This document shows positions 6,390-14,266 of a DNA stretch of 32,000 nt, one piece after another. A program made the position numbers and the translations under genes. The notes beneath the pieces are model-generated. The model did no database searches. It worked only from the letters and a program-made list of their open reading frames with translations, and had not been told where the DNA came from. Numbering within the stretch: position 1 is the stretch's first letter; every line of letters begins with the position of its first letter. Location of the stretch: contig NC_000917.1 in assembly GCF_000008665.1 (NCBI RefSeq), positions 270,001-302,000 of the forward strand. The letters are read 5' to 3'. The DNA is from Archaeoglobus fulgidus DSM 4304. GTDB taxonomy: Archaea > Halobacteriota > Archaeoglobi > Archaeoglobales > Archaeoglobaceae.

Positions 6390-7551
6390 ACCGCCGTTTT
6401 ATTCTCCGAATCCTGAATATCCTCTCCATAATTACGATACTTATCTAATTTACATAAAAACTGCATTGTTTTATCCTTTACACAAATTTTCCTGCTTTTT
6501 ATGCGTTTTGGGTAGCGAGGTTATAAGAGATCAACAAACAGTGCTTCTTTTCGGGATCTTAATTTTCTCGATATTTGTAGCTCTGATAGCGATCAATAGA
6601 AAAAATCTTGAATTAGATAGATTCGCAAAGTGGTATGGATTGCTCGCATTTGGCGTCTTAACTTCCCTCGAACTGGTTGTAACAAGGTCAGGCGACATAG
6701 CAAACTATTTTGGACCTCCAGAGAAAATTTTCTTTCTACCATCCTACCGCCATTACCCTGTAGTTTTTCTCCCGCTGATATGCGTTTACAGTCTTTCCAT
6801 TTTATACTCTACTCTCAGCGAGGAAAATAAAGGTATGATTAAGACTTCGGCTAATGCCTTTCTAAAAACCATGCTCTTCACCCTTCTCATTTGCAGTTTC
6901 ATCTTGAACTTTTTCCCAGGGATTAAAACAGGAGAACACAACTTTGTTAGTATGAGCGAAAGATCAGCAATACTGAAAACTTACGATGTTCAACCAGATG
7001 AGAACTTAAAAAAACTGCATCTTAATCCAGAAATTGTTAAAAAAAGGGCTAAAAAACTTGAAGAACTGAGACTCAGTGTTTTTGCTGAAAACAATATTTT
7101 GCTATACAAGCCCGACGAAGTTAAGCTCCTGCCAAAGCAATCTCAGCTCCAGGGAGTTTTAAGAATTTATAACGATGTAAAATTCGTTCTTTTCCAGCAT
7201 CCAATCTCAAATGAAAATCGCTCAATTATCGTTTTCAATGAAATTTACATTCCCCAAAACGCAAAACTCAGGTTCAGCATTGCATTACATCCTGATGTCT
7301 GGGATCCAGAAAAAGGAGACGGTGTAACCTTCGAGGTTTACATAAGAGACGAAGGATTCGAGGAGCTCGTTTTCTCTAAGTACATAGATCCCAAGCACAA
7401 TCCAGAAGAAAGGAAGTGGAACGACTTCGAGGTCGATCTGAGCAGATATGCTGGCAGAAACGTAACCATAATTTTCTCTACGCTTCCAGGCCCCAACAAC
7501 GATTCGAGGTGGGATTGGGCATGGTGGGGTGAGCCGAGGATTGAATGGTAA
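6358..7551 (+). CDS. Hypothetical membrane protein with a soluble C-terminal domain; 5' end uncertain, possibly truncated
   Basis: Several hydrophobic segments (LLFGILIFSIFVALIAI, YGLLAFGVLTSL, VVFLPLICVYSLSIL, LFTLLICSFILNFF) then a W-rich tail (RWDWAWWGEPRIEW). The GTG at 6358 overlaps ugd and its first ~50 codons look non-coding. Confidence 0.5.
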   Translation: MFFVHFWVLSKPPFYSPNPEYPLHNYDTYLIYIKTALFYPLHKFSCFLCVLGSEVIRDQQTVLLFGILIFSIFVALIAINRKNLELDRFAKWYGLLAFGVLTSLELVVTRSGDIANYFGPPEKIFFLPSYRHYPVVFLPLICVYSLSILYSTLSEENKGMIKTSANAFLKTMLFTLLICSFILNFFPGIKTGEHNFVSMSERSAILKTYDVQPDENLKKLHLNPEIVKKRAKKLEELRLSVFAENNILLYKPDEVKLLPKQSQLQGVLRIYNDVKFVLFQHPISNENRSIIVFNEIYIPQNAKLRFSIALHPDVWDPEKGDGVTFEVYIRDEGFEELVFSKYIDPKHNPEERKWNDFEVDLSRYAGRNVTIIFSTLPGPNNDSRWDWAWWGEPRIEW

Positions 7552-7581
7552 GAAAGATCTACGAAGATTAAAGTTTTAACT

Positions 7582-8687
7582 TCAGCCTCGGCTCCCGTCT
7601 ATAATGATTTCAGCCACTTTTTCACCGTTCAAAAATACTTCTATCGGCTTCTCCAGATCCGGAACTACGTTATCTACTCTGAACCTCGCATTTTTGGCTA
7701 TTGGGTTATCGGGGTGTAGTTCTCCGAAAATGGGGGAAGGTAAGCCCCACTGGATTTCCTTTATACCTTCTGCGTCTTTTACAGTTAGCTTGACACCTTC
7801 AGCATTCTTTGGCAGTAGCAATCCACTGAGGATTAATCTGCCGTTGAGAAGGTTAGCCTGCAAAACATCGATCCTGAAAAACTCAAGATTTGCTTCAGGC
7901 AAGTAGTTAACGTTCACCTTTGGGAATATCTTTTCCTTCGCCATGATCCCCTCACGTTTCATAAACTCAAGAACTTTTTGATACCTCTCCTCAATCGCCC
8001 TCTCTATAACTTCCCTCGGAATCTGATCCTGCTGTCTGTAGAACTCTATCTCCTCTTCGCTCAATACAAACTGATTTTTGGTGCCAAAGTACTCCCTGAA
8101 CAGCTTTTCGTTGGATTCCCTGAACTGCTCTAGGAATTTTATTCTTTCTTCGAGTGTAAAGAAGGTCTTAAGGATGCTGCCCTCTCTTCTGTCGAGTTCG
8201 AGGAGGTAGTTTACGACTTTCCAACGATCCTGCGGAGACAAATTGAGCTCCTCGTTTATTCTCCTCATAACCAGTGTTGAAAGGTGGCTCAGCGATGGGT
8301 TAGCTTCGATCTTGTATTCTCTTGCTTCTGGCATGTCTATACCCAAAGCTTGCAGAAAGTCGAGAATAACGTTGCCTTCCGGGAATAGTTTTCGGTCGTA
8401 GATTCTTACGATGATTTCTGCTTCTGGGAAGGCTTGTTTCCAATTAGATAACTTAGAATAATAATCAAAATACTTTATTTTGAATTTTTCAGTGCTTCTA
8501 TTAAATGGGCTTTTAACCGCTTGTTTGTATCCTGATTCCAGCCATAAATCTTGTCTGCGTAAATAGCAGACTATTTTGGATACTCTGATATTTAAAAATT
8601 TTCTAAATTTAAGTATTTCATTTATATTTAAATTCAAAAAAGCCTCTGAACTTACAATCACTTTTTTTGGATTGTATTCCCGAATCT
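7582..8687 (-). pseudogene. Sulfotransferase-like gene, 3' portion (interrupted by the 1214-bp IS)
   Basis: ORF 7582..8724 has no real start (TTG read out of the IS end). After IS removal, its codons from EYNPKKVIVSSEAF onward join the 9902..10143 N-terminal piece in frame. Confidence 0.8.
8678..8687. repeat. Target-site duplication (left copy), TCCCGAATCT
   Basis: An identical 10-mer occurs at 9902-9911, directly outside the IS inverted repeats. Confidence 0.85.
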
Positions 8688-8707
8688 GGTTTTGGGACAA
8701 AATTCCT

Positions 8708-8881
8708 TTAATCCCTGACAACAATCACATACGCTCTCCACCCAATATACCTCTTGGGCACATCAACCTTTGCTGAATTACCGAAAGGCGTGACTCTCTT
8801 CTCGAAAACAACCTCAACCTCCTCTTTCAGAACAAAATCTCCCTTCTTCACTTCAACCCTCCTCATGTTAAGTATATCCAT
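8708..8881 (-). CDS. Small IS-encoded AbrB/SpoVT-like protein (DUF2080-like)
   Basis: The last 57 codons of ORF 8708..9118 read MDILNMRRVEVKKGDFVLKEEVEVVFEKRVTPFGNSAKVDVPKRYIGWRAYVIVVRD. FGNSAKVDVPK..IG resembles the looped-hairpin motif of small transposon-encoded proteins. Divergent from the transposase start; an alternative ATG lies at 8866. Confidence 0.5.
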   Translation of the reverse strand: MDILNMRRVEVKKGDFVLKEEVEVVFEKRVTPFGNSAKVDVPKRYIGWRAYVIVVRD

Positions 8882-8917
8882 AGAAATACTTAAATACTTT
8901 TTGGTTGGAATCAGAAC

Positions 8918-9886
8918 ATGAACCTTGGATTCAGAGTGACAGGGAAGTTTGTAAGGGAACTTCTGGATGTTTTGGATGAAATTGCAGAGGAGATAAGACA
9001 GGAGGAGAAGGAAAAGTATCCGTACACAGAATGGGAGAGGAAGAGAGAAGTTGTTAAGGAAAGGCTGAGAAAACTCCCTGAATACGTTAGAGAGGCTATT
9101 TCTGTGATAACCGTGCAAAAGAGGGTGGGAAGACCAAAGAAAGTTGATCTGGAGAAGAGAGTTATGCTCTTTCTGTTTGCAAGGCTGATGGACAAATCAA
9201 ACAGAGATATTGAGGAGCTTTTAGAGCTGTTTGAACCTTTATTCGGGATAAAGGTTAGCTACAAAACGATAGAAAGATTATACTCGGATGAAGAAGTTAG
9301 AATGGCTTTACACAACCTCTTCATCCTTCTGCTTAGAGAGGAAGGAGTTTCAGGAGATTTTTCAGGAGATGGGACAGGATACAGCCTAACCATCACTAAG
9401 CACTATAGAAGCAATCCTAAAAGGAAAGGTAAAGACTTCAGATACGTTTTCAGGATAATTGACATCGATACGGGAATGTACGTTGGCTTTGGCTATTCTG
9501 ACAGATCTGAGAAAGATGCCTTTGAGAAGGCTTTAGGAATGCTCAAAAGCATGGGGGTGAAGGTAAACTCGATTTCTCTGGATAAGTATTACAGCAGTAG
9601 GAAGACTCTGAGGCTGTTTGATGCTGAGACAGCTGTCTACGTCATTCCAAAGCGAAATCTTGCCAGAATAGGATTTGACTGGTTGAGGGTTATCGAGAGG
9701 ATTGTTGAAGCTCCTTATAGGTTTCTGAAGAGGTACTTCAAGAGGAACTTAAGTGAGGCAGGATTTTCTGCTGATAAGAGGAGATTTGGATGGTTGATAA
9801 GGCAGAGGAGGGAGGACAGGAGAGAGATGGCTTTGTTTGCTGTTGGGCTGTGGCACAATGTGTTTGCTGTTAGGGTGGTGAGGTAA
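8918..9886 (+). CDS. IS transposase (322 aa)
   Basis: Fills the IS between its inverted repeats. Basic and helical N-terminus, with GDGTGYS...D...E-type features. The stop lies 15 nt from the IS end. Confidence 0.85.
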   Translation: MNLGFRVTGKFVRELLDVLDEIAEEIRQEEKEKYPYTEWERKREVVKERLRKLPEYVREAISVITVQKRVGRPKKVDLEKRVMLFLFARLMDKSNRDIEELLELFEPLFGIKVSYKTIERLYSDEEVRMALHNLFILLLREEGVSGDFSGDGTGYSLTITKHYRSNPKRKGKDFRYVFRIIDIDTGMYVGFGYSDRSEKDAFEKALGMLKSMGVKVNSISLDKYYSSRKTLRLFDAETAVYVIPKRNLARIGFDWLRVIERIVEAPYRFLKRYFKRNLSEAGFSADKRRFGWLIRQRREDRREMALFAVGLWHNVFAVRVVR

Positions 9887-9901
9887 TTTTGTCCCAAAGT
9901 C

Positions 9902-9911
9902 TCCCGAATCT
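9902..9911. repeat. Target-site duplication (right copy), TCCCGAATCT
   Basis: Identical to 8678-8687. Confidence 0.85.
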
Positions 9912-10143
9912 CTGATTCTAATAAACTACAAACATTTCCAATTTGAAGGTCTTCGATACCCCTTGCTTTCGCAATATTTGGTCGAAGTGACAAAGGCAAC
10001 AAATGGTGGCCTGAATTGAACAAAGGCGTTGAGGGGTATAGGACGCCATGTTTTTTATATAAAAAGTATTTATTATTAATTAAGAATCTTTGTATAGTCG
10101 TCGTTCCAGTTTTCGGAAGTCCAATGTGAAGAAAAACATCCAT
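9902..10143 (-). pseudogene. Sulfotransferase-like gene, 5' portion (interrupted by the IS)
   Basis: MDVFLHIGLPKTGTTTIQRFL is the PKxGTTxx PAPS-loop-type N-terminus of sulfotransferase-family proteins. ORF 9715..10143 runs into the IS after ...SLLESEIRE. 242 nt remain before the IS, which completes a codon with base 8677. Confidence 0.8.
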
Positions 10144-10144
10144 A

Positions 10145-10906
10145 TCAGAACCCCTCCTTATACATATCTACAACTTTTTCCCACAGCACCATGTCCTCCT
10201 CATTAATTTCCATCAGCTTCTTGTAGAAATCTTTACCAACCTCATTCTTTATAATTTTCAACCTCTCCTCTAAAGGCATATCGGGACTAAACTGAACATT
10301 GGTCCTAATAACACTTGCTTTAAACTCAGGGAAATATTCTCTCACGGTCTCTTCCAACTTTGTCATTGACTTTTCAAATTCCTCTACCAACCCTATAAAA
10401 GGAAGTCTTTTTAGAGCTATAAGTGCTTTTTCCAGCGGTTTCATGTTCTTTTCGCCATGGAGCATATCTGCCAATCTGAAAACATGGAAATTGCTTACAT
10501 TGAACTCCTGTCTTGGTATAGCCAACCTTATTTCGACATAGCCTTTAAAGTCCGTATTGCGAGCAATGACCGGTCCAGGGCGAAAAATGTCCACCTGCTT
10601 CCTTTCATAATGGTATGCAGAATGAATCCGAATAATAGGATGTCTTACAAAAATAATAGGAATGATTTTGATACCTCTCCTTTCCAAAAGTGTGGAGTCA
10701 AACAACCTCGCCGTATGGGATGAGAACGCAACTGCATCGCTCTCATTTTCGATCCATTTAATTACTTCCTTTATATTTTCGTAGTAAGGCCACAGTTTAA
10801 ACTCTTTTTTTACAAATCTATCTCCAAAATTCTTTTCAAGTATATAATCCACGGCAGAACCAGCATTCTTAAAAAAGTGAAAATGGAACAGTATAACTCT
10901 ATTCAC
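10145..10906 (-). CDS. Sulfotransferase-family protein (Sulfotransfer_2-like)
   Basis: 253 aa. FHFHFFKNAGSAVD (P-loop-like) and FVRHPIIRIHSAYHYE (RxPxxRxxSxY) resemble carbohydrate sulfotransferase motifs. The stop lies 1 nt from the next gene start (operon). Confidence 0.55.
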   Translation of the reverse strand: MNRVILFHFHFFKNAGSAVDYILEKNFGDRFVKKEFKLWPYYENIKEVIKWIENESDAVAFSSHTARLFDSTLLERRGIKIIPIIFVRHPIIRIHSAYHYERKQVDIFRPGPVIARNTDFKGYVEIRLAIPRQEFNVSNFHVFRLADMLHGEKNMKPLEKALIALKRLPFIGLVEEFEKSMTKLEETVREYFPEFKASVIRTNVQFSPDMPLEERLKIIKNEVGKDFYKKLMEINEEDMVLWEKVVDMYKEGF

Positions 10907-11003
10907 AATTCCACCTCTTTTATGGTTTTAATATTCATTCCACTCTCTATGTATTTAAAATCCCACATCAAATCCATATCCGTATTTCGATCAACTTTTC
11001 TTT

Positions 11004-11340
11004 TTACAATTCTTTCACCTTCCTCAACCAACAAGAGCCACCTCCAATCATTTTTTTGCATTTTTCTAATACTTTATTCGGAAAACGTGTCGATACATAG
11101 TAACTTGAAAATACAATTTTAAATATTTGGTTGTACATTAAAAAGGCCCTTAAAAGATACATCTCGTTCCATCCTCTGTTTTCTTTGAACACCCAGTCCT
11201 TTGGATATTCGTCAGGTATGAAGATGTCGTGAAAGTGAATCAACACTCCTTTATGTATCCTTGGCATTATTTCAAAGAAAATATGATTTACATCACTACC
11301 CACTTTAGCCACATGCGTTGAATCAATAAATAAAATGTCA
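11004..11340 (-). pseudogene. Class I SAM-methyltransferase gene, 3' portion (interrupted by the 963-bp IS)
   Basis: Reads ...DILFIDSTHVAKVGSDVNHIFFEIMPRI...; after IS removal it joins the 12319..12911 piece in frame (FETLEEN|DILFIDSTH). Confidence 0.8.
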
Positions 11341-11355
11341 TTTTCCTCTAAAGTC
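11341..11355. repeat. Target-site duplication (left copy), TTTTCCTCTAAAGTC
   Basis: An identical 15-mer occurs at 12319-12333, immediately outside the IS inverted repeats. Confidence 0.8.
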
Positions 11356-12318
11356 TGTAGTATCCCTAAATTATTTCACTACCCACAACCAACTTCATGT
11401 GAGAAAACTAACGAACAAAAAGATCAGATGGATCATCAAACAACTCGAAAAGGGAACCCCAGTAAGAGAAATAGCAGCTGTGATGAGAGTAACACCAAGA
11501 AGGATCTACCAACTCAAAAAACAATACGAAGAAACAGGAGAAATTCCAGAACTCAAACAACCTGGAAGAAAGCCCAAGCCAATAGACAAAGAAACTGAGC
11601 AAATAATCCTGCAAGCCTACGAAAAATACAAGCTCAGCCCAGTTCCGCTGGAAAGGCTGATAGAGAGGGATTACGGCATCCACATCCCCCACAACACTAT
11701 ATACAGAATCTTGCTAAAACACGGTTTGGTGGAGGAGAATATGAATAAGAAAAAGCGGAGGAAATGGGTTCGTTATGAAAGAAAACACTCAATGAGTTTA
11801 TGGCAGGGAGACTGGAAAAAGCTTGGAGAGAATTGGATAATAGCCTTCATGGACGATGCTTCCCGCTTCATCACCTGCTATGGAGTATTTGAGAAGGCAA
11901 CGACTGAGAACACGATCAAAGTTCTCAGGAAAGGGTTCGCTGAATATGGAATTCCAGATGAAATATTGACGGATCACGGAACTCAGTTTGTGGCTGCGAA
12001 GAGCAGGGAGAGGGCTAAGCACAGATTTAAGAAATTCCTGGTTGAGAATGGTGTTAGGCATATTCTTGCCAGAATAAACCATCCTCAAACCAATGGAAAG
12101 ATTGAGAGGTTCTTTGGACTGATGGAGCAAAAAATTGGTCTTTTTGAATCACTGGATGAATTCGTTTACTGGTATAATTACGTTAAACCTCACATGAGCC
12201 TTAATTTTGAAGAGCTGGAGACTCCTTATCAGGCTTTTCTCAGGAAGCTGCCTGCTGAAAGGGTGTTTGAGTACGGGAGGTGGTTGATTGAGGAGTGAAA
12301 TTATTTCGGGATATCACA
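11356..12318 (+). mobile_element. Insertion sequence, 963 bp (ISA0963-type by length, from memory), rve/DDE transposase
   Basis: Ends TGTAGTATCCCTAAATTATTTCACT and (reverse complement) TGTGATATCCCGAAATAATTTCACT match at 21/25 by my count. Flanked by a 15-bp direct repeat. A single transposase ORF has its stop inside the right inverted repeat. Confidence 0.85.
11399..12298 (+). CDS. DDE (rve integrase-core) transposase, IS481/IS3-like
   Basis: 299 aa with a GTG start. N-terminal HTH (GTPVREIAAVMRVTPRRIYQL), WQGDW...D, LTDHGTQF and HPQTNGKIERFF, the classic rve-core signature. Confidence 0.9.
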   Translation: MRKLTNKKIRWIIKQLEKGTPVREIAAVMRVTPRRIYQLKKQYEETGEIPELKQPGRKPKPIDKETEQIILQAYEKYKLSPVPLERLIERDYGIHIPHNTIYRILLKHGLVEENMNKKKRRKWVRYERKHSMSLWQGDWKKLGENWIIAFMDDASRFITCYGVFEKATTENTIKVLRKGFAEYGIPDEILTDHGTQFVAAKSRERAKHRFKKFLVENGVRHILARINHPQTNGKIERFFGLMEQKIGLFESLDEFVYWYNYVKPHMSLNFEELETPYQAFLRKLPAERVFEYGRWLIEE

Positions 12319-12333
12319 TTTTCCTCTAAAGTC
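12319..12333. repeat. Target-site duplication (right copy), TTTTCCTCTAAAGTC
   Basis: Identical to 11341-11355. Confidence 0.8.
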
Positions 12334-12911
12334 TCGAAAAATGATAAATCAACATCTTGCACTGGTTGATCAATTAACTCAGCATTTCTGTAAAATAAAA
12401 TTCCTCTTCTCAAATAATCAGATGGGTAAGGTTCAATAAGAGCTATTTCTATTTTATCATTATAGAACTTTTTATTCACATCCATAGCTATAAGTGACGA
12501 GAATCCTGAACCTATTTCTACAATCCTATTTGGTCTGTAGTGAATTATGAAAGCAAAGTATGCCAAAGCATCTAACTTTTCAAACACCCCATTATTTTTA
12601 TAATATATACATTTTAGATTATGTTCGGGGGTTTCTGGATAATCGAATAAGTCAACGTAAGAACCAATTATCTCCAAATGCTTCAATTGTTCTTCTTTAT
12701 TCAAGTCTATGCCAAGGACCTCATTATCAGTTCGAACTCTAAATATTTTTTCCTCCCGTCTCCTTACCTCTTTTATATTTGGAATAGGGGAGTAAAAATG
12801 ACCTGGTGGAAATATTTTTCCGACCTCCCTGTCCACACTTTCACCTCTAAATAATATTAATGATTTTATTTTTTGCAACATTGTATGAAAAATTACACTT
12901 AACATGCTCAA
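12319..12911 (-). pseudogene. Class I SAM-methyltransferase gene, 5' portion (interrupted by the IS)
   Basis: ORF 12240..12911 carries RIVEIGSGFSSL (SAM motif I) and reads into the IS after ...SFFETLEEN. The start is uncertain (12911, 12905 or 12881); all overlap the upstream gene end. Confidence 0.75.
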
Positions 12912-14262
12912 TCGACCTCATTGAAATTTTTTCCCATAGAGCTTTGTCTGTATATAGTTTGACTACTTTTTCAGCAAATTCTACCGGATCATCGGCGATT
13001 AGTGCATTCTCCCCATCAATCAATCCCATCCCCTCCCCTCCTATCGACGTTGTTACTACAGGCACACCATGAGCCATAGCTTCACCAATTTTTCCCTTAA
13101 CACCAGCGCCGTATCTAAGTGGCGATACGAATACCCGAACGCTTTCAAAGTAAGGCTCTAATTCTCTAACATACCCTGTTACAATTATATCATCCGAACT
13201 AAGCGACATAATTTCCTCAGGAGGGTTGCTCCCTACGATTATAAATTTTACTTCCGGTAGTTGTTGCTTAATTTTTGGAAATATATCATTAATGAACCAT
13301 TTTACTGCATCAATGTTGGGAGGGTGGGCAAAACCGCCTAAGAACATTATATCTTTACGATTCTCGAAACTATTTTTTGGAGGTTTTATCTCATGGATGT
13401 TGGACAGAACCTCCACATTTAGTGTTGGATCTTCTTTCAGTAGAAGTTCTTTTTCGAATGGCGAGACTACCAACGTCAAGTTGGCCAATCTCGCCAACTT
13501 CAGTTCAATATTCTTCAACTTTTCGGCCAACTCTTTAACTTTGTCATTTTTTTCTAATTCTGCTCTCCTCATTTCTCTCAAGAAGTGGAGATCCACTGTA
13601 TCAAAAATTATTTTCGCTTTACTGCAGTATTTACGAACTGCTAATATATGTTTCTCTGCTATCGGTGCCCTACTCAAGATAACTATGTCAAAGAATTTTC
13701 CGTGGTCTTTTAAGTAGTCCTCAATTGATCTGGTGTAGGGCCCGTAAAGCACTTCGATACCAATCTGCTGCAAAATACTGGTATACGGCTCCATTTTTGC
13801 CAAATTATCGCCTATGAACGTAACACAATGACCAAGCTCTATCAAAATTTTGAGTATATTATACATCCTGTAGGAACCGCTATCTTTGTCAAATGTTGGA
13901 ACATAGTGGTCAATCACCAAGATGCGCTTTCCTCCGTTCCTGCATCTCGCCAAAAACAAGTTTGAAGGATCAGGATTATAATGGTGCTTTAGCAAGGTAT
14001 CTTTCCATTTTTCGTAAAACTTCTGTCTATTTATTTCTTGAAACTTCTTTACGCCTGAACTCGTATCTGTTCCACATGTTGCCCCCTCTAAATGAATTAT
14101 CACGGATTTCGGTTGGTACATTACCTTGTAACCCATTTTTCGAACAGAAAAGCATAAATCTGTATCTTCATAGTAAGCAGGTTTAAACCTCCCGTCAAAT
14201 CCCCCAATTTTTTCGAAGATCTCTTTTTTGACCATCAGAGCAGCACCAGAGCAGTAATCCAC
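12847..14262 (-). CDS. C-terminal part of a frameshift-split giant glycosyltransferase: second half of a GT2 domain plus a GT4 (GT-B) domain
   Basis: The ORF-track 'start' is a GTG coding V in EVDYCSGAALMV...YEDTDLCFSVRKMGY (GT2 C-half). This is followed by a GT4 domain (GGFAHPPN, RYGAGVKGKIGEAMAHGVPVV). This frame stays open upstream as DEYNFVRE, continuing ORF 14267..16438. Confidence 0.8.
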   Translation of the reverse strand: MDYCSGAALMVKKEIFEKIGGFDGRFKPAYYEDTDLCFSVRKMGYKVMYQPKSVIIHLEGATCGTDTSSGVKKFQEINRQKFYEKWKDTLLKHHYNPDPSNLFLARCRNGGKRILVIDHYVPTFDKDSGSYRMYNILKILIELGHCVTFIGDNLAKMEPYTSILQQIGIEVLYGPYTRSIEDYLKDHGKFFDIVILSRAPIAEKHILAVRKYCSKAKIIFDTVDLHFLREMRRAELEKNDKVKELAEKLKNIELKLARLANLTLVVSPFEKELLLKEDPTLNVEVLSNIHEIKPPKNSFENRKDIMFLGGFAHPPNIDAVKWFINDIFPKIKQQLPEVKFIIVGSNPPEEIMSLSSDDIIVTGYVRELEPYFESVRVFVSPLRYGAGVKGKIGEAMAHGVPVVTTSIGGEGMGLIDGENALIADDPVEFAEKVVKLYTDKALWEKISMRSIEHVKCNFSYNVAKNKIINII

Positions 14263-14266
14263 TTCT

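Larger units (their letters stand above)
8688..9901 (+). mobile_element. Insertion sequence, 1214 bp (ISA1214-type by length and host, from memory)
   Basis: Terminal inverted repeats GGTTTTGGGACAAAATT (8688-8704) and AATTTTGTCCCAAAGTC (9885-9901) match at 15/17 by my count. Flanked by a 10-bp direct repeat. Carries a 322-aa transposase ORF and a small divergent ORF. Confidence 0.9.

Noticed and set aside
8708-9195. Full-length 136-aa (8708..9118) and 94-aa (8911..9195) minus-strand ORFs inside the IS
   Set aside because: Most of their length is antisense to the transposase gene and is hydrophobic or low-complexity. Only the last 52-57 codons (8708-8881), outside the transposase gene, look like a real small protein.
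11335-11598. 87-aa plus-strand ORF in an alternative frame over the start of the rve transposase gene
   Set aside because: It overlaps the well-supported transposase frame, and its product is low-complexity (K/R/T/Q-rich). There is no evidence of a programmed-frameshift architecture such as a slippery site plus a second long ORF.
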